A stretch of 64,000 nucleotides of DNA from Candidatus Latescibacterota bacterium (lineage in GTDB: Bacteria > Krumholzibacteriota > Krumholzibacteriia > WVZY01 > JAKEHA01): the NCBI GenBank assembly GCA_963707635.1, contig OY970173.1:160001-224000 (forward strand). The letters run 5' to 3'. The position numbers and the translations under genes are program-made. Positions 52,726 through 61,208 of the stretch are shown here, piece after piece. The notes under the pieces were generated by a model. That model saw only the letters and a list, made by a program, of their open reading frames with translations. It was not told the DNA's origin and did no database searches. Within the stretch, counting starts at the first letter, position 1, and each line of letters starts with the position of its first letter.

Positions 52726-53906
52726 AACGCCGCGCGGCGCAGGCGTGGGTGTCGTTGGTCTGGTGGTCGCTGGCGGCGAGCGGCTGCGCGCGCGCGCCCG
52801 ACCCGGGCGATCCGATCGCGGGCCTTTCCAGGGAGGAGCGCGCCCGCTTCGAGCGGGGGCGCGTGGAATTCGAGCGCGTCTTCACGCCCGAGACGGGTCT
52901 CGGCCCGTTGTTCAATGCGGAGGCGTGCGCCGAGTGCCACGAGAGCCCGGTTGCGGGCGGCCCCGGGGACGAAGTGGAGATTCACGTCGGTGCGTTCGAT
53001 CGCGAGCTTTCATTCTGCGACCCGCTCGTTCACGAGGGCGGTCCCGTGGTTCAGCAGCACGCCACCCCGGCGCTCACCGCCGCGATTGGCATCGATCGCG
53101 AGCCGATGCCTCCGGGCGCGACCGGTACCGGCTTGCGCACGACCCCGGACCTTTTCGGATTCGGGCTGCTCGACGCCGTTCCCGACTCCGCGATTCTGGC
53201 CCTGGTCGACCCTGACGACCGCAACGGCGACGGCATCTCCGGCCGCCCCAATCGATTCTTCGACGGACGCGTGGGACGCTTCGGGCGCAAGGCGTTCGTC
53301 CCCACGTTGAGCGAATTCAACCAGGGCGCCTTCGTCATCGAGCAGGGGATCACCAGCCCCGCGGTGCCGGCGGAAGAAACCATCGGCGGGAAGCCGATCC
53401 CGGACGGCGTGGACGCCGTCCCCGAGCCGGAAGTCAGCCGGGAGACGACCGACCTGGTCGACGACTTCGTTCGTTTCCTCGCGCCACCCGCGCCTCGAAA
53501 CCTCTCGAAGGTGGGCCGGCGCGGGGAGCGGGTCTTCCACGAAATCGGCTGCGACGGGTGCCACGTCCCGACGCTCGTCACCGGGAACCACCCGGTCAAG
53601 GCGCTTCGATACCTCAAGGTGCATGCGTACACCGATCTTCTGCTCCACGACATGGGCAGCGACCTCGCCGACATCTGCTTCGGACTCGCCACGCCGGCGG
53701 AGTTTCGGACCGAGCCTCTCATGGGGTTGAGATTCTCCGAAGCCATCGAGGAAGGGGAGCCGCGTTTTCTGCACGACGGCAGGGCGAAGTCGATCGACGA
53801 CGCGATTCGCTTTCACGGAGGCGAGGCGCGGACGTCACGCGATCGCTTCGTGGGTCTCCCCGAACGCGACCGTGGCGCGCTGCTCGCGTTCCTGCGCTCG
53901 CTGTGA
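52722..53906 (+). CDS. di-heme oxidoreductase (DHOR)-family lipoprotein
   Basis: LAASGC lipobox, GLGPLFNAEACAECH, GRFGRKA, CDGCH, YTDLLLHDMG, FLHDGRA. Confidence 0.88.
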   Translation: MKRRAAQAWVSLVWWSLAASGCARAPDPGDPIAGLSREERARFERGRVEFERVFTPETGLGPLFNAEACAECHESPVAGGPGDEVEIHVGAFDRELSFCDPLVHEGGPVVQQHATPALTAAIGIDREPMPPGATGTGLRTTPDLFGFGLLDAVPDSAILALVDPDDRNGDGISGRPNRFFDGRVGRFGRKAFVPTLSEFNQGAFVIEQGITSPAVPAEETIGGKPIPDGVDAVPEPEVSRETTDLVDDFVRFLAPPAPRNLSKVGRRGERVFHEIGCDGCHVPTLVTGNHPVKALRYLKVHAYTDLLLHDMGSDLADICFGLATPAEFRTEPLMGLRFSEAIEEGEPRFLHDGRAKSIDDAIRFHGGEARTSRDRFVGLPERDRGALLAFLRSL

Positions 53907-53945
53907 TCGAGGTCAGCAATCACTCGGCTTGCGCCGACCCCCACC

Positions 53946-55238
53946 TCACGGCGTTACGCTCCGAATGGCCCGATTGACGGTCTCGGTCCAGTAGATCACA
54001 CCCCCGTCGATCGCAATCGCTTCGGGAAAAAAGGGGATGATCCCTATGTTGCCCACAATTCGTCGTGGGTTTCCGCCTGATTTCGGAACCATTCCAACCT
54101 CGGCCTGATTGATCCAGAAGAGCGTTGACGCGTTGAGGGCGAGCACATAGGGCGACCAGCGGTTGCTGCCGGAAAACACGGGTGTGATCGGGCCACCGCC
54201 TACGGGAATCTTACGAATCCAACCGGTGTCGTTCTCCGCGAAGAACACGAATTCGCCGTCGCTTATGATGTCGGCCAGGAACGGGAGGTCGTCTGCAACC
54301 GTCTCTACGGTTCCACCGGCGGCGGGGACGCGCAGAATATCACCGTTGTGCGACCGGAAGTATACGTACCCGCCCACGACACACATCGGTCCGGCCTTGT
54401 CGCCGGAGCCCAGGTACTCGACTGGCCCGCCGCCGATCGGCACCCTCTTGACCTCGGAGTACCCCGCCTTTTCGATCCAGTACACATAAGTGCTATCCGT
54501 CGCGATGTCTTCGACATAGAAACTCCCCTGCGCGAGCGAGTCGGCAGCGCCCCCGTTTATCGGCACTTTCTTGATAGTCCAGCTGTCGGCGACGTAAACA
54601 TTCTCATCGTCGATCGCGATCGGAGCGAAGTCGCTCGTGAAGCCGGCCGCGAGTGTCTGCGCGATGCCGCCCGCTGTGGGCACTTTCTTCAGCGCCTTTC
54701 CTTCACCTTCGTACCAGTACACGCTTCCCCCACCTACGACCATATTCGCGTGGAAAGGAAATATACTCTGGTATGTGGAGGGGATGATATCCACCGGCGA
54801 CGCGACCGTGGCGATGAACGAACCCGTTTTCTGAAGACTGAAGAGTGCCGAGGAACCGGTGCAGTTGCCAGAGCCGCCCGCGATCGTTCCCTCCCACTGT
54901 GGCATTCTGTACTTCCCGTAAGTCGCGTTGAAGAACACGCTGTCGTCACCCGAAGTGACGGCAAGAGACAGGCGACCTCCGACCAACAAGCCCGTCACAT
55001 CCCCCGACGCCATGCAGGCACCGCCGCCGATAGAGGCCTCCCCGCTTATTGAATCCGCGTGTTGTACGAGCGACATCGAAATGTAGCCCATAGGACCCGA
55101 CTCGAGCCAGGTGCCGTTCCAGACGCCGGTAATATTGGTGGGTGGCTCTAATTCGCCGACCTTGGTGGGACTCTCATCGCCGCAACCGCCGACACACAGC
55201 GCGGCAGCGGCCATGGTGACAATGAGCACACGGCCCAC
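53946..55238 (-). CDS. lipoprotein with beta-propeller repeats (DUF5050-like)
   Basis: VGGC lipobox; repeated VYW..I.KVP..GG units. Confidence 0.72.
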   Translation of the reverse strand: MGRVLIVTMAAAALCVGGCGDESPTKVGELEPPTNITGVWNGTWLESGPMGYISMSLVQHADSISGEASIGGGACMASGDVTGLLVGGRLSLAVTSGDDSVFFNATYGKYRMPQWEGTIAGGSGNCTGSSALFSLQKTGSFIATVASPVDIIPSTYQSIFPFHANMVVGGGSVYWYEGEGKALKKVPTAGGIAQTLAAGFTSDFAPIAIDDENVYVADSWTIKKVPINGGAADSLAQGSFYVEDIATDSTYVYWIEKAGYSEVKRVPIGGGPVEYLGSGDKAGPMCVVGGYVYFRSHNGDILRVPAAGGTVETVADDLPFLADIISDGEFVFFAENDTGWIRKIPVGGGPITPVFSGSNRWSPYVLALNASTLFWINQAEVGMVPKSGGNPRRIVGNIGIIPFFPEAIAIDGGVIYWTETVNRAIRSVTP

Positions 55239-55367
55239 GGGAGTTGACAGGGCGATTCCTCCGGGCGAAGCAGACGGTACCAGAATATTCTAGCACACCG
55301 TTGCCAGACCATGGTAACCGCCCCCCGGTTGCCCGGGGGGTACTACGCCGGGGAAACGGACGCGGGC

Positions 55368-56972
55368 TTACGGTGGCGGGATCATCAACAGAACCGAACC
55401 CATGGCCGGTATGGCGGCACGTCCGATCAACCAGCCGCCCATCCAGCGGCCCTCAACCCGCATCGCGTCGGTTTCGAGCGGCACTCGAAACGACACGTGC
55501 TCCTGATCCGAAGCGACGAGGTCGCCCTTCGTCGGCTCCAAGCCGAATTCCGGACTGCTCATGGTGACGCTCTTTCCCGCTTCGTCCACCGTCAGCGCGA
55601 ACCGGTACGCGCCCGATCCGAAGTAGATCGTTCCCTCCAGCGGCTTGGCCAGCGAGGGCGCCTTGGGCGGCCCCGACACCATGGCCCGCACCGCGTCGAG
55701 CGCGGGATCTCGATTCGCGCGGTAGTCGGCGGAGGTGAGCATGGCCGGAACCTGCGGTGCGATCGCGTCGCGGTCGTCGCGCGGATCGGAGTATTGCCAC
55801 TGGAGGGTGGAAACACGGATGGTGAGACCCGAATTCGGCAGCGTCACCTTGCGCGAGTCACCGTAGCCGTTCGGGCGCGCGCCGGTCGGCTCGCCGACGA
55901 AGATGGCGTTGGTGTACTTCTCGAGATCCAACGCGAACATCATGGCGGCCGAGAATGTACCGCGCCCCGTGATCATGAACAGCCGCCCCGGTTCCTGGAG
56001 CTGTGGAGAGCGAATCAGCCCCTTGAGCAGCGGCATGTTGCGCCCGTTGTTGCCACCCGGATTGTTGCGGATATCGATCACCAGCGCCTCGACCGGATTG
56101 GCCGCAATGAAGGCGAACAGCCGGTCGGCGAATGCTTCCACGCTCTCGTCTTCCCGGTCGTATACCTCGTTGTACTGCATGTAGACGAGGCGGTCGTCTT
56201 GCAAGTACTCGAACCAGTAGTTCGAATCCGGATCGCGCAGGTAGAGCGGCAGCGGAGATTTCGATCCGTCGCACGCGTCCACCCAGTCGACGTGGCCGCC
56301 CGTCGGCACCGCGTCCAGATCGAGTGTCATCTTCTGCCCGTTGGTGGTTTCGATCACGAACGACGAAGAGGCGGGACTCTCCGTCACGCCGCGCGCCGCA
56401 AGCACTTCAGGTATCACCAGGAAGTCGGGCAACAGATGACGGACCTGGGTGTCGTTGTCGCGCTGGACCACCGGGGTGACAATTGCCACTGCCTCCTCCG
56501 CCGACATCCGCCCGATACGCAGCACGCGACCGCCGGCCGCGCGGGCGTGCGCCTTGTCCACACGCCGCACGAACAGCCCGTCCTCATACCGGTACAAGCG
56601 GATGGGCAGGTGGTGGAAGGTCAACCCGTCGATTTTTGGCGCCGGTGTCGGCGAGTGGCCTCCGAAAAACCCGGCTTCCGGGTCGACGGGCAGGGTGAGG
56701 CGGGTATGTCCGTCGCACACGCCGGCGACCAGCTCGGCGATCGCGACCACGATCTCGTAGTGCTCCATGTCCGGCACCGCTTGCTTCAAGCGATCGATGC
56801 GCACCTCGAACGAGTCGCGCGGGAGGGTGTGGAACAAGTTGGCGTGGGTTTCGGGCATCACCCTGGCCATGGCGGACAGGTCGTCACGCCAGCGTCCCAC
56901 CCACTCCGATGGGACCCCGGCCATCGCCGACGTGGAGACTGCGAGAGAGAGGGCCGTGACCAGGATCATCAC
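55368..56972 (-). CDS. S41-family peptidase-like secreted protein
   Basis: DGHT, DIRNNPGG, TFSAA, GEPTG motifs. Confidence 0.75.
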   Translation of the reverse strand: MMILVTALSLAVSTSAMAGVPSEWVGRWRDDLSAMARVMPETHANLFHTLPRDSFEVRIDRLKQAVPDMEHYEIVVAIAELVAGVCDGHTRLTLPVDPEAGFFGGHSPTPAPKIDGLTFHHLPIRLYRYEDGLFVRRVDKAHARAAGGRVLRIGRMSAEEAVAIVTPVVQRDNDTQVRHLLPDFLVIPEVLAARGVTESPASSSFVIETTNGQKMTLDLDAVPTGGHVDWVDACDGSKSPLPLYLRDPDSNYWFEYLQDDRLVYMQYNEVYDREDESVEAFADRLFAFIAANPVEALVIDIRNNPGGNNGRNMPLLKGLIRSPQLQEPGRLFMITGRGTFSAAMMFALDLEKYTNAIFVGEPTGARPNGYGDSRKVTLPNSGLTIRVSTLQWQYSDPRDDRDAIAPQVPAMLTSADYRANRDPALDAVRAMVSGPPKAPSLAKPLEGTIYFGSGAYRFALTVDEAGKSVTMSSPEFGLEPTKGDLVASDQEHVSFRVPLETDAMRVEGRWMGGWLIGRAAIPAMGSVLLMIPPP

Positions 56973-57040
56973 GGTTCTCTACGCCTGACCTGCAACAAGG
57001 TTACAGGCCTCGCCCCGTTACCAGCCCGGCGAGCGCGAAT

Positions 57041-57056
57041 TGGTGCAGATTTTGCA
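57041..57056 (+). promoter_or_regulatory. putative sigma54 promoter
   Basis: TGGTGCAGATTTTGCA, GG-N10-GC, about 78 nt upstream of 57134. Confidence 0.5.
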
Positions 57057-57133
57057 CATAGCTGCGACGCGCTCCTCGCAGTGGGAGTTTACTGCCCACT
57101 CGCCGCCAGCAACGAGGCAAGTTGAGGTGAATC

Positions 57134-57703
57134 GTGGAAACACTCATTAAGGACAAGACCCAGGCACCGGCAAAAACATCCGAAACAGCCCCGGCCCAGC
57201 CGGCCGAGAATGCTGGGACGGTCGCGCAGGCCTCCGCACGGGGCAAAGAGCTCGAAGAGCTGTTGCGTATCAAGAAGAGCCACCGGATCGAAGGCAGCCA
57301 GGTGCCGTGCCCCAGCTGCGGCATGCGTATCGAAGTTACCGTCAACCGCTGCCCGTTCTGTGAGTCCGACACCGCCGCCGAAACGGCGCTGGCGCGAGAG
57401 ACGATGCGCCGTCTGCGAGAACTCTCGGGCGAGCTCGACGTGGAGCACAGCCTTCTCACGCAGGAACCGGCCCCCCGGCGCGGGTTCTTTCAGCGCCTCA
57501 AGTACCTCTTCGAAGGCGACCCCGAGCCGGCCGACACCCCCAGGCCCGACCCGCATGCCAGGCGTCTGCTGAGCAATCTCGCGCCGGGCGACTCCTTGAA
57601 AGTGCTCGAGGAGGACGGCCCGTGGCTCAAGGTCAAGACCATGGGCAGCGAAATCGGGTGGGTATACTCGACGGTGCGCAAGACCCCGCAATCGCACAAG
57701 TAA
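57134..57703 (+). CDS. zinc-ribbon + bacterial SH3 domain protein
   Basis: CPSC..CPFC; L.PGDSLKVLEEDGPWLKV....GWV; GAGGTG SD. Confidence 0.72.
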   Translation: METLIKDKTQAPAKTSETAPAQPAENAGTVAQASARGKELEELLRIKKSHRIEGSQVPCPSCGMRIEVTVNRCPFCESDTAAETALARETMRRLRELSGELDVEHSLLTQEPAPRRGFFQRLKYLFEGDPEPADTPRPDPHARRLLSNLAPGDSLKVLEEDGPWLKVKTMGSEIGWVYSTVRKTPQSHK

Positions 57704-57769
57704 CGCCGATCGCGCCAAGGACCCTCGCCAGATCGCTTCGAGGCGTGCGAGAATACCTCGATTTCGCCC

Positions 57770-57797
57770 AATCCTTTTCTAGAATCCGAGCGACTCA
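57770..57797 (+). promoter_or_regulatory. putative ECF autoregulatory promoter
   Basis: AATCC-N16-CGACTCA, shared with 59122-59149. Confidence 0.55.
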
Positions 57798-58361
57798 ATG
57801 CCTGAGATGAGCGCGCCCCATGGCAGCCCCCGGTCGGACCGCGAGCTGGTCGACGCCGTTCTCCAGCACAAGGACGAGCTGGCCTTCCGGGAGCTTTATC
57901 GCCGCCATACGCCGCGGCTGTTCATGCTGGTGGCGCGTCTGCTGGCGCGGGGCGATCACGAGGCGGAAGACGTCGTGCAAGAGGTATGGATTCACGCCTT
58001 CGAAAGTCTCGGCCGCTTCGAATGGAACTCGGCGTTTTCGACCTGGTTGACCGGCATCGGACTCAACCGCGTCCGTGACCGCATCCGCAAGTACGGCCGT
58101 TCGCGCGAAACCGGAGTCGACGCCGTGCCGGACGTCGCGGTGGCTCCCGGCTCGCACGAAACGAGGATCGATCTGGAACGGATGATCAGCCGGTTGCCCG
58201 ACGATCAGCGCCTCGTGCTCGTCCTGCACGACGTGGAAGGAATGAAACACAGAGAAATCTCGGAGCGCCTCGACATCCCGGAAGGAACGTCGAAGACACT
58301 GCTGTCGAGCGCGCGCGCGCGCCTTCGCGGAATGATGTCGCGAAAGGGAGTAGAGACATGA
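57798..58361 (+). CDS. ECF RNA polymerase sigma factor (start may be 57807)
   Basis: AFRELY.R, AEDVVQE, FSTWL..I..N, EG....EISE.L.IPEGT.K..L..AR. Confidence 0.92.
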   Translation: MPEMSAPHGSPRSDRELVDAVLQHKDELAFRELYRRHTPRLFMLVARLLARGDHEAEDVVQEVWIHAFESLGRFEWNSAFSTWLTGIGLNRVRDRIRKYGRSRETGVDAVPDVAVAPGSHETRIDLERMISRLPDDQRLVLVLHDVEGMKHREISERLDIPEGTSKTLLSSARARLRGMMSRKGVET

Positions 58362-59095
58362 CTGACGAACTGACGCCGGAAGAAAAAGCGGCACTGGAGA
58401 GCCTCCCGCGGGAACGCATGCCCGCCGGGCTGGAAGCGCGGGTGGTCGGCGCGATGCGCGATCACGGCTTCCTCGCGAAACGGCGGCGGATGATCGAGCT
58501 GACGAACGGCCGCGTGACCGGAGTTCTCGCCGCCGGCGTGGCCCTCATGATCGGCGCGTACTCGATCGGTCTGCATCGCGGCGACGGCGTCGCCGTGCTT
58601 CCACCACCTCCGACCCTGCCGCGGGACGACCGCTACCTGGCGGAGACGCCGGCGGAAATGCCGGAGCCGACCCCTGCGGTCGTCGGCGAGGCCCGTGAGG
58701 CAGAGTCGCCGGCGGCCGGGAGTGCGGAGAAGAAAACCTTGGGATCGAAACCTGATGCAGCCCTGACGACCCCGGGGGTAGTGGCAGACCGCACGGATAA
58801 GCTCGAGGCGGGGGAGACGCGCGCCTCGAAGGAACGGAAGACTGCTGCCGCTCCAGCGCAGGAGGCACTGTCGGCCGAGGGCAAGGTGAACGAGCCCTCC
58901 GACCGGGCGCCGCGCGCGCCGGCGGCCGCATCCCTCGCAGTTTCGAAACGGCCACTGACCTTCTTCTTGAATGGCTCCCCCGTGGTGGTCGAGGCGCCGG
59001 ACAGCGTCCGTGTCACCCAGGACGAACAAGGTCGAATGCTCATCATCTATACGTCGGACGGCATCATCCGCATCCGCCTGGCCGACGACCCCTGA
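58358..59095 (+). CDS. putative membrane-anchored anti-sigma-like protein
   Basis: ATGA overlap with sigma; short cytoplasmic N-terminus, one TM, Ala/Pro/Glu-rich linker, small beta-rich C-terminus. Confidence 0.6.
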   Translation: MTDELTPEEKAALESLPRERMPAGLEARVVGAMRDHGFLAKRRRMIELTNGRVTGVLAAGVALMIGAYSIGLHRGDGVAVLPPPPTLPRDDRYLAETPAEMPEPTPAVVGEAREAESPAAGSAEKKTLGSKPDAALTTPGVVADRTDKLEAGETRASKERKTAAAPAQEALSAEGKVNEPSDRAPRAPAAASLAVSKRPLTFFLNGSPVVVEAPDSVRVTQDEQGRMLIIYTSDGIIRIRLADDP

Positions 59096-59121
59096 TTCTT
59101 GCCAAAGACGCCTTTTCGGTA

Positions 59122-59149
59122 AAACCAAACGTCCCGCCGCGGCGACTCA
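59122..59149 (+). promoter_or_regulatory. putative ECF target promoter
   Basis: AAACC-N16-CGACTCA, 63 nt upstream of the vWA start. Confidence 0.55.
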
Positions 59150-59212
59150 CGGGTGTCATCGAGAGTCGCTGCGTCGCGGTGACCTCGCGGTCCTTATCGA
59201 AAGGGGTATCCC

Positions 59213-61120
59213 ATGAAGACTATCACCTGGGCCGGCGCGATGCTGGCCATCATGCTGTCCGCGGTCCTATCGAGCGCGGACGGGACCGGACGCATCACGG
59301 GACGCGTCCTCGATTCACAAACTCAAGCGCCCGTAGCGGGTGCGACCGTGGTCGTACAAGACACGCGCTTGAGCGCCCACACCGGAGCCGACGGAACCTA
59401 CACCATCGCCGGAGTGCCCGCCGGGGTGTACATCGTCCGCGTCGAGAAGACCGGCGCGCCGTCCGTATTGCAGCGGGTATCCGTTGTCGCCGGGCAGACG
59501 ACCACCGCCGATTTCAGAATCACGCGGCTTCGCGAGCAACCCACACCCGTGGAGGCACCGGTGGAGAATGAAGCCCGGCCGGATGCACTCAAGTCTTCCG
59601 AAGGAAAGGGATCGCCGGCCACGGCTTCCCTCGGCGTGGTCGGCCAGCGCATGGCGTGCGAGAATCCCGTGATGGCATGGCGGTCACCGGGCTTCGAGTC
59701 CTACGACAACATCAATGAAAACGACTGGCTTTCGACGCTCGACAAGCCGCTCTCGACCTTCTCGGTCGACGTCGACGCGGCGTCGTATGGCAACGTGCGC
59801 CGCTTCATCACCAGCGGGCAGCTGCCGCCGATCGACGCGGTTCGCATCGAAGAGCTGATCAACTACTTCGACTACGACTACCCGGACCCGCGTGGCCGGC
59901 ATCCGTTTTCGATCACGACCGAGGTGGCCGAGTGCCCGTGGAACCGGGAGAACATGCTGGTCCACATCGGCCTCCAGGGCATGCGCATTGCGGTCGAAAG
60001 TCTTCCGCCGAGCAACCTGGTCTTTCTGATCGACGTGTCCGGTTCAATGATGCCGCCCAACAAGCTGCCGCTGCTCAAGTCGTCGTTCCGGATGCTCGTG
60101 GACCAGCTCCGTGAAGAGGATCGCGTGGCGATCGTCGTGTACGCGGGCGCCGCGGGCCTCGTTCTGCCTGCGACTTGCGGAAGCGACCGGGAACAGATCC
60201 TCTGCGCCATCGACCGGCTCGAAGCCGGCGGGTCGACCGCGGGCGGCGCCGGCATCCAGCTCGCCTACCAGGTCGCGCAGGAGAACTTCCTCGAGGGCGG
60301 CAACAACCGCGTCATCCTCGCTACCGACGGCGATTTCAACGTCGGCGTGGCAAGCGACGGCGACATGGTGCGCCTGATCGAGGAAAAGCGCCGGAGTGGC
60401 GTGTTCCTCACCGTGCTCGGATTCGGCGAGGGCAACCTCAAGGACTCCAAGATGGAAAAGATCGCCGACGCGGGCAACGGCCACTACGCCTACATCGACA
60501 ACCTCAATGAGGCGAGAAAAGTCATGGTCAACGAGATGGGCGCGACGCTACTCACGGTCGCCAAGGACGTGAAACTGCAGGTGGAGTTCAATCCCGCGCG
60601 CGTATCGTCGTACCGGCTGGTCGGGTACGAGAACCGGCTCCTGCAGGACCGGGACTTCGACGACGACACCAAGGACGCCGGCGAGATCGGCGCCGGGCAC
60701 TCGGTGACGGCGCTTTACGAAGTCGCCCTCACCGACGAAGACGGCGATCGGACGGGCAGACCGCTCAAGTATTCCGATGTCACCGTGCGTGACAGCGCCC
60801 GCCGAAATGCCGAGCTGCTCACGGTGTCGTTTCGCTACAAGGCGCCGACCGAGAGCGAGAGCCGTCTGCTTTCACAGGTCGTGAAGGATCGCAACACCCG
60901 CTTCGCCAACGCCTCGAGCAACTTCCGTTTCTCGGCAGCGGTGGCGGAGTTCGGGATGATCCTTCGCGACTCGCCGAACAAGGGCGACGCCACCATGGCC
61001 GAGGTCATCACGACGGCGCGAGCCGCTCGAGGCCACGACGAGCACGGCTACCGCGCGGAGTTCGTGAGCCTTGCTGAGACGGCGGAGCTCCTCATGACGC
61101 CGGCGGTGGGTACGAGGTAG
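59213..61120 (+). CDS. YfbK-like von Willebrand factor A protein with N-terminal carboxypeptidase-regulatory-like domain
   Basis: Signal peptide, ITGRV.D...PV.GATV, STFSVDVD.ASY, MIDAS DVSGS, ATDGDFNVG, YRLVGYENR. Confidence 0.9.
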   Translation: MKTITWAGAMLAIMLSAVLSSADGTGRITGRVLDSQTQAPVAGATVVVQDTRLSAHTGADGTYTIAGVPAGVYIVRVEKTGAPSVLQRVSVVAGQTTTADFRITRLREQPTPVEAPVENEARPDALKSSEGKGSPATASLGVVGQRMACENPVMAWRSPGFESYDNINENDWLSTLDKPLSTFSVDVDAASYGNVRRFITSGQLPPIDAVRIEELINYFDYDYPDPRGRHPFSITTEVAECPWNRENMLVHIGLQGMRIAVESLPPSNLVFLIDVSGSMMPPNKLPLLKSSFRMLVDQLREEDRVAIVVYAGAAGLVLPATCGSDREQILCAIDRLEAGGSTAGGAGIQLAYQVAQENFLEGGNNRVILATDGDFNVGVASDGDMVRLIEEKRRSGVFLTVLGFGEGNLKDSKMEKIADAGNGHYAYIDNLNEARKVMVNEMGATLLTVAKDVKLQVEFNPARVSSYRLVGYENRLLQDRDFDDDTKDAGEIGAGHSVTALYEVALTDEDGDRTGRPLKYSDVTVRDSARRNAELLTVSFRYKAPTESESRLLSQVVKDRNTRFANASSNFRFSAAVAEFGMILRDSPNKGDATMAEVITTARAARGHDEHGYRAEFVSLAETAELLMTPAVGTR

Positions 61121-61157
61121 TCACGCGGGAAGTGTAGGGGCGCATCTTTCTGCGGAC

Positions 61158-61187
61158 CGGGCCGCTCCTCGCCAGAGGGGCGGCCCG
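61158..61187. terminator. GC-rich hairpin between convergent genes
   Basis: CGGGCCGCTCCTC-GCCA-GAGGGGCGGCCCG; weak U-tail. Confidence 0.55.
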
Positions 61188-61208
61188 TTGTCGATCGAGG
61201 TGGCCAGG

